Shown here in pieces: positions 12,053-24,100 of a stretch of 33,713 nt of DNA (position 1 is the first letter of the stretch; each line of letters starts with the position of its first letter). A program made the position numbers and the translations under genes. Under the pieces are notes generated by a model. That model did no database searches. It was not told where the DNA came from and saw only the letters and a list, made by a program, of their open reading frames with translations. Source of the DNA: Mobula birostris (taxonomy: Eukaryota); assembly GCF_030028105.1 (NCBI RefSeq), contig NW_027276920.1:1-33713 (forward strand), given 5' to 3'.

Positions 12053-12184
12053 TCACAGTTTCTTTGATGTATTTACGTCTGCGTACAATGCATGTTTGTT
12101 TTGCTGTTTGGATGCTGGTGTGTTCTTAGAATCGGGAATCTGCAGAGCAGCGTAAGTCAGTTTGTCAGCTCCATTTCCTGCAGT
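12053..12184 (-). CDS. Exon 7 (terminal): TAGNGADKLTYAALQIPDSKNTPASKQQNKHALYADVNTSKKL*, with ITIM LTYAAL and a second Tyr motif ALYADV
   Basis: Acceptor tattttcgcag|ACT (phase 0). Two YxxL/V motifs 23 residues apart, then TGA. Confidence 0.8.
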   Translation of the reverse strand, partial: TAGNGADKLTYAALQIPDSKNTPASKQQNKHALYADVNTSKKL

Positions 12185-15100
12185 CTGCGAAAATATTTGA
12201 AAATCAGGGGTTAATTGAGAATCCATTGAGTTGAACAAATTTAATCAAGAATTGTAATATAAATTAGTGATGCACTCATAAGTTATCAATTTTAGATTTC
12301 TGCCGTTTTACACAAAGTTTATGTCAACATTGTTTCAAAATTTCCCTTTTTGATTTATTTGGTATTTCAACTCCAAGAGCCTGTGCTGTCGCACTGAACA
12401 ATGAGCGTTTCTTTCCTTACTGAAAATGAACTTCAACAACATCGAGTTGGGAGAGTAGATAACTCCTTGAAGCAGCAGGTATAGTACAAAATATTTCGCT
12501 AACTCAATATACAAGAGCATTGTTGTGTTATGTTTGTCTGATTGCCGCAAACTGTTTAGTCTACAGATCTTACGGTGTTTCCTCAGTCACACCTGCCAAC
12601 AGAATTCCAAATACACACAGACACTGTCATCAGTGGATACCGCACAACTGAAAGATTGAACGCTGGCACTTTGTTCATTCATGCCACATGGTTACTGTTT
12701 TGTCACAGTTCGGCATTTCCATGAATAACACCAATGTTCGGTTGGTTCAGTGTTTCTCGGTTATTATCAGATATTCGAGTTCATTGTGGAGCTGATAATG
12801 AGCATTGGAAAGGATGGCTATTCCTAGTTTCATGCTTTTTAGTGTTTCCACATTACATATGAAATTGAATTCATAAAAGCGAGCGTAAAAAAGATAATCT
12901 CAATGGATTCTGCAGATGCTGGAAATCTTGAGGAATGCAAAAGAAATGTTATGTAATTCATTCGGTAAGGCAACATGCATGAAGGTAAATACGCTGTTGA
13001 TGTTTCTGTCTGAAATGCTTTAGCAGGACACCGAAAGGAGGGGGTCAGAAGCTAGAATAGGAAGGTGGGGAATGAATACAAGATGGCAGGTGATATGAGA
13101 AACCAGCTGGGAAAGAACGTGTGTTGATGATGGGGATGGAATAACTTAGAAGCTGGGAGGTGATGAGTGGAAAAGGAATAGGGTGCAAGAAGAAATCTGA
13201 TAGGAGGAGACAGTGGACCCCGGAGGAAATGGAAGAAAGAAGGGTACCAGTGGAGGTGATGGGCAGATGAGGAGAAGAGAAGCGGTGAAAGGGAGCCATA
13301 GTTGGGAATGGAGAAAAAAATAGAAAGGGAATGATGAAATAGGCATTAAAAATTAGAGAGATCAATGTTCATGCTTTCAGGTTGGAGTCCACCCAGATGG
13401 AAGAAAAATGTGATGATATTTCGAGGGTGTTTAGTCGTAAATGGTACAGTGAAAAAGTTCAGATCAGGTCCGTAAAATTAATCTCCTTTGGAATATCGTT
13501 TATGTACATGTTGGAATCGATTGTTAGGAATGAGATTACGGAGTACCTGGAGGCACATGACAAGTTAGGCCAAAGGCAGCATGGCTTTCTGAAAGGAAAA
13601 TCCTGCCTGTCTAACCTACCGCAATTTTTTGAGGAAATTGCAAGCAGGGTAGACAAAGGAGATGTAGTAGATGTGGTACACTTGGATTTTCAGAAGGCCT
13701 TTGTCAAGGTGCCGCACATGAAGCTGCTTAGCAAGATAAGAGCGTATGGAATTACAGAGGCGTTACTAACATGGGTGAACATTGCTGATTGGTAGAAAAC
13801 AGAGAGTGGAATAAAGGGATCCTATTTTGGCTGATTACCGGTTACCAGCGGAGTTACACAGGGGTTGGTGTTGCGACCGCTCCTTTTTATGATGTATGTC
13901 AATGATTTTGACTATGGGATTAATGGATTTTGGCTAAATTTGCCGATGATACAAAGATAGTTGGAGGGGTGGATAGTGCTGAGGAAACAGAGCTGCAGAG
14001 AGACTTAGATAGTTTAGGGGAAAGGGCAAAGAAGTGGCAAATAAAATACAATGTTGGAAAGTGTATGTTCATGCACATCGGTGGAAGAAATAAACGTGCA
14101 GACGATTATTTAGGTGGGAAAATAATTCAAAATGCCGTGATGCAAAGGGAATTGTGAGTCCTTATGCAGGATATCTGAAAGGTTAACCTCCATGTTAAAT
14201 CGGTTGTGAAGAAGGTGAATGCAAAGTTGGAATTCATTTCTCGAGGTATAGAATATAAGAACAGGGTGTGATGTTTAGGCTCTATAAGGCACTCGTGAGA
14301 CCACACTTGGAGTATTGTTTGCAGTTTTGGGCTCTTTATTTTGGAAGGGATATGCTGACATCGGAGAGGGTTTAGAGAAGATTCTCGAGAATGATTCCAG
14401 GAACCAAAGGGTTACCGTATGAGGAACGCCTGGCAGCTCTTGGGATGTATTCCTTGGAGTTCAGGAGAATTGGGGGCGGGGGGATGGGGATCTCATAGAA
14501 ACATTCCGAATATTAAAAGGCTTGAACAGATTAGATGTGGCAAATTTATTTCCATGCTAGGGGAGTCTAGGACAAGAGGGCACGACTTCAGGATTGAAGG
14601 ACGTCCATTTAGAAAGAGATGCGGAGAAATTACTTTAGTCAGAGGGTAGTAAATATGTGGAATTTGTTGCAATGGGCGACTGTGGAGGCCAAGTCATTAG
14701 GTGCATTTAAGGCAGGGATACAGGGATAGATACATTTTTGATTAGCCAGGGCATCAAAGGGTATGGGGAGAAGGCAGCGGAGTGGGGATGACTGGAAGAA
14801 TTGGATCAGCCCATGATTGAATGACGGAGCAGACACGATGTGCCGAATGGCCTACTTCTGCTTCTATATTTTATGGTATTGTATATCTGTTGTGCGTGGC
14901 TCGGTAGCGTAGCGGCTAGGTTAACACTATTACAGCAGCGGTGATCGAGGTTTAATTCCCGTAACCGACGAAATGGTGTGTTTCTATGTTTTCCCATGAC
15001 CGTATGACTTTTTCTGGGCGCTCAAGTTACCTCCCACGTTCCAAACACTTACGGGTGAGTCGGCTAATTAGTCACATGGCTGTAATTGGGTGGCACGAAC

Positions 15101-18100
15101 TAGCTGGGTTGTACGGCTCTGTTACAGTGGCGTGCAAATTTTGGGCACCCCGGTCAAAATTTCTGTTACTGTGAATAGTTAAGTGAGTAGCAGTGGAACT
15201 GATTTCCAAAAGTCATAAAGTTAAAGATGAAACATTCTTTTCAACATTTTAAGCAAAATTAGTGCATTTTTGGTCCAATTTTAGAGTGAAAGAAAAGGAA
15301 AGGTGCACCATGCAAATGTTTACGGACCCCAAGAGATTTGAGCTCTCAGGTAACTTTTACCAAGGTCTCAGACCTTAATTAGGATGTTAGGGCTATGGCT
15401 TGTTCACAGTTACCGTTAGGAAAGACCAGGTGATGCAAATTTTAAAGCTTTATTAATATCCTGATTGCTGAAACCTTGTCCCAACAATCAGAAGACATCA
15501 GCTCCTCTAAGCGGTTGCCTAGCACTCTGAAAATTAAAATAAATGATGCGCACAAAGCAGGAGAAAGCTAGCAAAGCGTTTTCAGGTAGCCGTTTCCTCA
15601 GTTCATAATGTAATTAAGAAATGGTAGTTAACAGGAACGGTGGAGGTCAAGTTGAGGTCTGGAAGACCAAGAAAACTTTCCTAGAGAACTGCTTGTTGGA
15701 TTACTAGAAAGGCAAATCAAAACCCCCGTTTGACTGTAAAAGACCTTCAGGAAGAATTAGCAGACTCTGGAGTGGTGGTGCACTGTTCTACTGTGCAGCG
15801 ACACCTGCACAAATATGACCTTCATGGAAGAGTCATCAAAAGAAAACCTTTCCTGCATCCTCATTACAAAATTCAGCGTCAGAAGTTTGCAGAGGAACAT
15901 CTAAACAAGCCTGATGCATTTTGCAAACAGGTCCTGTGGACTAATGAAGTTAAAATAGAACTTTTTGGCCGCAATGAACAAAGGTATGTTTGGAGAAGAA
16001 AGTGTGCAGAATTTCATGAAATTAAAACACCTCTCCAACTGTTAAGCACGGGGGTGGATCGATCATTATGCTTTTGGCTTGTGTTGCAGACAGTGGCACG
16101 AGGAGCAGTTCACTGTTAGAGGGAAGAATGAATTCAATTAAATACCAGCAAATTCTGGAAGCAAACATCACACCGTCTGTAAAAAAGCTGAAGATGAAAA
16201 GAGGATGGATAATGATCCTGAACACACCTCAAAATCCACAATGAACTACCTTAAGAGGCGCAAGTTGAAGGTTTTGCCATGGCCCTCAGAGTCCCCCGAC
16301 CTGAATATCATCGAAAATCTGTGGATAGACCGGAAAAGAGCAATGCATACAAGACGGCCCAGAAATCTCACAGAACTAGAAGCCTTTTGCAAGGAAGAAT
16401 GGGCGAAAATCCCTCAAACAAGAATTGAAAGGCTCTTAGCTGGCTACAGAAAGCATTTACAAGCTGTGATACTTGCCAAAGGGGGTGTTACTATGTACTG
16501 ACCATGCAGGGTGCCCAAAATTTTGCTTCGGGCCCTGTTCCTTTTTTTGTTAATTTGAAATTGTAAAAGAAGGAAATAAAAAAAGTAATCCTGCTTAAAA
16601 TATTAAAGAAATGTGTGCACCTTTAACTTTATGCCTTTTGGAAATCAGGTCATCTTTTACTCGATCACAGTAACAGAAATTTTGACCAGGTGTGCCCAAA
16701 CACTTGCATGTCATAGTTTATCTCTAAAGCAAATTCATATATTATACATGGCAATCTCTCTGCTTTACCTGAGAATAGATAATGCATTCTTCTTCTTGTC
16801 GATCTTTGCGAAATCCTTTACTTTCCCTCATATTTAGTGAAACATGGGGAGTGGTGTCATCAACCGCAGCTTGGTCAGCCTGTTGGAAAAACACACTTAA
16901 TACTGATAACTGATACAAGGTCAGTGATCATGAACTGTTTGGTTTGGAATATCCGCGTGTTATGATATTGTCCGTATATCATTCCGGAGGTGGGATACCA
17001 AACCCATTTCAGGCTGGAAGTCACTACGTTTACTTTAGATTTCCAAGCAACCACTTAAAACCATCCTTTCAATCGGATCGGTTTCTCAGGTCTGGCCATT
17101 TCTTTTGTTTTCATCTCTTCTGTTATATCCCTTACACGCTTCTAAGTTTTGTGGACGGGCTTTATCCGATGCGGTTTTCTTAGCACCCCGTCAAATTACT
17201 ATAATTATTGGCATGACGCGATTTCGTCCCCACGGTGCATTTAGAGCCTGTGACTCTTGAAACTCGCATTATCTAGGTTAAGGATATTGGAACAAGTGAC
17301 AAGACCTGTTGTACGGTTCCAGCCTGGCTTATCTGAGGTAGCAAATACGGGAGGGGCATCTTGCCAGCTGTTGAGCTGATTGGTGTTGCTGGTGTATCAA
17401 TTAAATTACAATCGAAAGAAGTAGAGCTGTTGGACATGCCCGTTACAGTAAATGGTTAAAATAGCATTTGTTTCGGCTGAAATAATGACAGAGCATTCCA
17501 GAGCAATAAAGCGACGGTAAAAAAAATCTTAAACATTCCAGCTTCATCTTAGATATTACTCTCAGAAGCGGTCCTTCATTTCGGGAAGTGCTACAAATGC
17601 TGATAGAAGTTTCAACGGAGTTCTACTATAATGAAGCCAGTGGGATATGACAACCTTGCTTTGGTGATGTGAAAAGTTGTTGCAGCAAATATCGTTACGT
17701 AAAAGTAAAAATATGCGCTACAATTGGGAAGGTAATTAATGAACACAAAAAAGTTGTTTCCCGTGTAGACAGATGGGTATCTAACCGATAAAGGTTTAAT
17801 ATATGCTATCAGGAGGATCCAGGTGGGACACATTTAATAACATTGAACTGCTGGAACTTTGAAGTGAAACAGACAAATAAGACACACAGTAGATCAGGAA
17901 ACACGAGAGGAAAGAGAAACAATCAACGTTTACGTTGCTTTCCGGGGAGAGGTATTCAACCTGAAAGGACAGCGTTTTCTCTTTCCTAAAACGGCGTTAG
18001 AGGTTCTTAATTTCTGGATTCAATCCAAAATGGGAGATGACAATACATTTATATGTTGCAGGCATTTCTTTCAAAATTGAGGATAATAATCCTTCAGCGT

Positions 18101-21100
18101 AGCCTCCTGGAGTAGAAGGCGCCTGGTGGAATTTCCTTAACATATGGGTATCATTGTGCACCAGATACTACACGGTTTATTGGAAGCATATTCGATTCCA
18201 TTGCAGGTCATGCACTGTTCTGTGGATCTTTGTTGGGAATCGGTGTTAAAAACTCCATATGACTTTCCAAAGCAAAATTTCGTTGCATTTTCAATTTTGC
18301 TTGCTGTGCGTTCAAATCAGATGTAACATATATTGTGAAATGCGTGTACTGTATTTTTCCATTGTGCACGACACAGTGATTCTCGTAAGCCGACATTTGA
18401 CATCTAAAACATCTCAGTCTTAGATTTGTATTTAATTATTCGTCAAACGAAGCGTGATTAACAGCATAACTTCCATTAGTATACACTACCGTTCATCTTA
18501 ATGCAACCGGTTATGAACTGATGTAGAATCCTGAAAGACGATAGATTCAGATTCAATAGGAATATTCAAATCTACCTTGGATAAAACTGCAAAATAAAGA
18601 GGTGTCAGGTAGTTTTATTGTTCCCTACTGCGTTTCAAATGTTAGAACAAAATAAATCTTAGGCGGAAGGACAAGATGGCGGTATGCCGTGCGTGCGCAG
18701 CTCTCCGGTGAAAAATGATATTGTATCTGTCAAATAGGGGCCGTGGACAATTCTGATTTGATGGAGAATGGACGTGAAAGCACAGAGGAACATTCGCTGC
18801 TGTCGTTACTGTGTGGTCGTGAATCTTTCGGAGGGTAGGCCTCAAAATCCCCGACCTTGCCTGCTTTTGGCGACCGAGAAGGAGGTCGAATCGTTCGGGC
18901 AGATGTGGCGCTCAGTACTCGGTATCGTAGAGTTGATCAGAGCTCGAAGTTTTCGGATGACTCAGAGTCGGATTGTGGTCGGCATGGCAGGGAGAGTTTT
19001 TCTTCGTTCTCTCGTCTGCGTGAGATGTGGGACATTTGAGAAACCTTGTACTTTACTGTGCTCACGGACTTCTTCATCAAGTTATGGTATTGTTGCACTG
19101 CTTGTAACTATATGCTATAATTATGTGGTTTTGTCAGTTTTTTCAGTCTGGGTTTGTCCTGTGTTTTGTGATATCACACCGGAGGAAATAATGTATCATT
19201 TCTTAATGCATGCATTACTAAATGACAATAAAAGAGGAATACTTGTCTTCATAATCATAAATTTGTAATATTTAAGGTACGTTTGACGTTAGGCCGGTAA
19301 TTTTGACATTGATAGTGGGTAAGTTATTGGAGGGAGTACTAAGAGACAGAATCTACAAGCATTTGGATAGACGGAGACATATTAGGGAGAGTCATAATGG
19401 CTTTGTGCATGGTAGGTCATGTTTGACCAATCTATTGGAGTTTTTCGAGGAGTTTACCAGGAAAGTGGATGAAGGGAAGGCAGTGGATGTTGTCTAAAGC
19501 CTTTGACAGGGTCCCGCATGGGAGGTTAGTTCGGAAAATTCAGTCGCTAGGTATACATGGAGAGGTGGTAAATTGGATTAGACATTGGCTCAATGGAAGA
19601 GGCCAAAGACCAGTAGTAGGAAATTGCTTCTCAGAGTGGAGACCTGTGACTCGTGGTGCGCCACAGGGATCAGTGCTGGGTCCATTGTTATTTGTCATCT
19701 GTATCAATTATTTGGATGATAATGTGCTAAATTGGATCAGCAAATTTGCTGATTATACAAAGATTTGAGATGTACTAGACAGTGAGGAAGGTTCTCGGAG
19801 CCTGCAGAGGGACTTGGACCAGCCGGAAAAATGGGCTGAAAAATGGCAGATAGAGTTTAATACAGACAAGTGTGAGGTATTGCACTTTGGAAGGACAAAC
19901 CAAGGTAGAACATACAGGGTTAATGGTAAGGCACTGAGGCGTGCAGTAGAACAGAGGGATCTTGGAATACAGATACAAAATTCCCTAAAAGTGGCGTCAC
20001 AGGTAGATAGGGTCGTAAAGAGAGCTTTTGGTACATTGGCCTTTATTAATCAAAGTATTGAGTATCAAAGCTGGAATGTTATGATGAGGTTGTATAAGGC
20101 ACTGGTAAGGCCGAATTTGGAGTATTGTGTTCAGTTTTGGTTACCAAATTACAGGAAGGATATTAATAAGGTTGAAAGAGTGCAGAAAAGGTTTACAAGG
20201 ATGTTGCCGGGACTTGAGAAACTGAGTTACAGACAAAGGTTGAATAGATTAGGACTTTATTCCCTAGAGCGTAGAAGAATGAGTGGTGATTTGATAGCGG
20301 TATATAAAATTATGATGGGTATAGATAGGGTGAATGCAAGCAGGCTTTTCCCACTGAGGCTAGGGGAGAAAAAAACCAGAGGACATGGGTTAAGGTTGAA
20401 GGGGGAAAAGTTTAAAGGGGGGCTTCTTCACACAGAGAGTGGTGGGAGTGTGGAATGAGCTGCCAGACGAGGTGGTAAATGCGGGTTCTTTTTTAACACT
20501 TAAGAATAAATGGGACAGATACATGGGTGGGAAGTGTATGGAGGGATGTGGTCCGTGTGCAGGTCAGTGGGACTAGGCAGAAAATAATTTGGCAGAGCCA
20601 AGAAGGGCCAAAGGCCTGTTTCTGTGCTGTAGTTTTTCTATGGTTTCTGTGGTTTTCTATATCTCTGCTATACCTATACGCCGATCTCAAAGAAGTCAAG
20701 CCACTTCACTTACCAGCTCTTCACTCTGACATCTGTCCAAAGAGCTTGTGTTAATCCCTTAAGAAAAATAAAAGAAATTATTTACATTGTAAAAGTTGGA
20801 CATTATTCATTTGATACAAATAGAATTCATCGCGTAAGAGGAACTGCTGAAGGTACGGATCTTTCAGAAAGCATTTTGTGGTATTAGTTGTCTTAATACA
20901 GTGCATCAACATCATGGCACTATGCTCAAGAGTCTACGACATTTAAAGAAGCCGTAAAGTGATAATAGTATATGAGTTGCTGTACTACATCTAAATACTG
21001 TCGTTAAAATGGAAATTAAAATCAATGAGACATGCATGAGATCGTCAATGTTCTTTAAACAGTGACAGTAAGCATAGACCTATGCCAAGCTGCTTACGCT

Positions 21101-24100
21101 TCAAAGTATAGACCTGCCATTGTATCCAAAACGACATTTGAAGTATTCCAAAGGGATATAACGGCATTTATGAACAAGATACAGCATATAGATACAGCGA
21201 GTGGACTGGTGGAATTATTGTATATTAAGATCCAGCTTGTGTTGTGCCTGATGATTATCAATGTAATCAGGTTCGACCATGTCAATCCCTGTCTAATCAT
21301 GCTCTAATGACATTTATTCTTTTTGAAGTTAAGTATCTTTCACACATCTATTTTGCACGAATAGAGGTGATATTTCTCAGCAATCAGGTTTCTTACCGTG
21401 CAATCTCTTTAACTTGACTTTCACCAAAACTATTATCAGAGCTAAAATTGCCGATCCGCCGAGCGCACATGCCAGAATGAATTTAGTATCAGCGCCTTGT
21501 GGATCAACAGGGGGAAAAGAAGAAACTGTGAAGCACTTATGCATCTAAAAAATGCACACATGAGAATCAATAATGCAAAATATCTAATAGGCTCCTTTCA
21601 AATCTCACTGCGCAACATCGGAAAATATGTCATAAGACAGGAAATGCAAATTCCCACCTTTGTTATATTTCGATGAGATATAGAGTTTACGTTTTGCTTT
21701 CCACAATTTTGGCAAATGTTCACAAGTTTGCTACCTTGCAAATACTGCACGAATTCAATTTCTTAATTCGCCCTACACGAATTAAACTAACGGAATAACA
21801 CAAGTTTTTGAACACCTTTCACGTTCAATACTCACTATCAATTACTACGCTTCAAAATTAGCCATTCTTCCGTCTTTGGGTAGCTGTTCAGTTACTGTTC
21901 TTAACAAGGTCACATTGACCCCACCACAATGACTTGTAAGCGCTTCCATCTTACATTGAGCAGAAAAGATTCTGAACATGCTGAAATTCAGAATAACACA
22001 TAAAATCCTGGAAGAACTCAGCCGATCAGGCAGATCTAAAATTTCGACGTTTAAGGCCGAGATCCAACATCATGACTTCATCAAGACACCATCTTACCTT
22101 GGATGTAGCTGAAACTGGCAGACAACGTGAGGGAGCCATGCGACACCAGGCAGGTGTAAATATCTTTTCCCCAAGTAGACTGCGTAATTTCCAATAAACT
22201 AAATACTTCGTACAAGCCGTCCACGTTCCGGTTTGTCACATTTTGTATTCCAGTGTGAATTTGCTTGTTATTTCTTTGCCAAATGATTTCTAATTTCTCC
22301 GGGTAGAAGGCAGCCGTTTTACAAAGGAGCTTTCGAGGAGACGAAAACCCTCCAACAGGAACAATTTCCACTGGAGTTGGAGGAGCTTGAATCAAAACGT
22401 AGTTATATTGAGTATTTTCGATCCATTTCAGTACAGATAATTTCGCTTATCTCCCTTCCAACTAGCCTGATGCTCAACTATCAAATCAGTTACCCGCCAG
22501 TATTAACCAGTATTTAATAAATTCTTCCAATTTCACGTTCTGCTTATTGTTACTCAACCATACACACACACTCCGATGCAAAATACGCCGTGACGCCTCA
22601 CCAGTGCTTTATAAAGTCTGAACATTACATTCTTGCTTTTATATTCTAGTCCTCTTGAAATGAATGCGATCATCGGATTTGCCTTCCTGGCCACAGACCC
22701 AAACTGCAAATTAACCTGTATGGAATACTGCACACGGACTCGCAAGTCCCTTACCACCTCAATGTTTTTTTGTGTTTTCTCTCCAGTTGGAAAATATTCA
22801 AAACTTTCACACCCTCCACCAAACTGCATGCTCACACACTTCTCGAAACTGTATTCCATCTTCCATTTCTTTGCCTGTCCTCCTAATCTGTCTCAGTCTT
22901 TCTGTAGCCTCTCTATTTCCTAAAACTACCTGCCCATCCACCTCTCTTCATATCGTCTGCAAGCTTTGCAACAAAGCCATCAATTCCACCATCCATATCA
23001 TTGACATATAACATTAAACGAATCGGTCACTGCACAGACCCCTGTGGAAGACAGTTCGTCACGGGCAGCCAACCAGAAAATTCTCCCTTTATTTCCATTC
23101 TTTGTCACTTACCAACCAGCTACTGCTTTATCCACCCTAGTATCTTTCTTGTTATACTTTGGGCTCGTAGCTTGTTTAACAGCCTTGTGTGTGGTACCTT
23201 GTCAAAGGCCTTCTGAAAATCCAAGTACACAACAACCGATTCTGCCTACTTTTATCTATCCTGCTTTTTATTCCTTCAAATAATTCAATCAGATTTGTCT
23301 GGCGAGAGTTTCCTTTGAGGATATCATGCTGACAATGGCGTGTTTTATTATGTGTCTCCAAGTAATCTAATACCTGATCCTTAATGATGGATTCCAACAT
23401 CTTGACAACCAGTGAGGTCAGACTGACTGGCCTATAGTTTCCCTTTTCTGCCTCTCTGCTTTCTTGAAGAGTGGAGTGACATTTGTAATTTTCCAGTCTT
23501 CCAGAACCATTCCAGAATCGTAATTCTTGAAAGACCTTTACTAATGCCTCCACAATCTATCAGCAACTTTTATCAGAATCATGGTATGTACATCATCTGG
23601 TCTAGGTGAATTACCTACTTTCAGAACTTTCAGTTTCCCAAGAACTTGCACTCCAATTATGTCTCTAGTTTTGCCGTTGTTCAAGATAGACTCTCGGAAT
23701 AAACCGGGATAATATAGACTAGTTGGTATTACAGTGAAGTGGGTAATTTATTGGAAGATATTCGAAAGAATAGGATAGATAAATATTGAGATAGACTGGG
23801 TTTGTTTGGGAATAAGCAACATTATTTTGTGCAATGTAGGCTCTGTCTAACCAATCTTAATGAACTTTTCGAGCGGGTTACCATGGATCTTGATGAAGGA
23901 TAGCAGTGGTCAATATGGATTTTAGCAAGAGCTTTGGAAAAGTTCTGCATGGGGGTGGTGGGCTGATCAAGTACGTTCGCTTGGCATTCAGGATGAAGGA
24001 GTAAGTTGTGTCTAACGTTGGCTTCGCGGGAGAAGCCAGTGTATGGTAGTAGATGGTTGTTCTTTGAACGAAGGCCTTTGACTGGTGGTGTGCCGCATGG

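Noticed and set aside
17934-17960. 27-nt phase 0-0 micro-exon VEYLSPESN as an extra cytoplasmic exon
   Set aside because: Weak donor (GTAAAC) in a repeat-like neighbourhood. It is not needed for frame and cannot be supported without cDNA.
21496-22097. A second C1 exon, which would give a V-C1-C1 SIRPalpha layout
   Set aside because: The 600-bp intron has no Ig-like open frame and contains a SINE-like piece.
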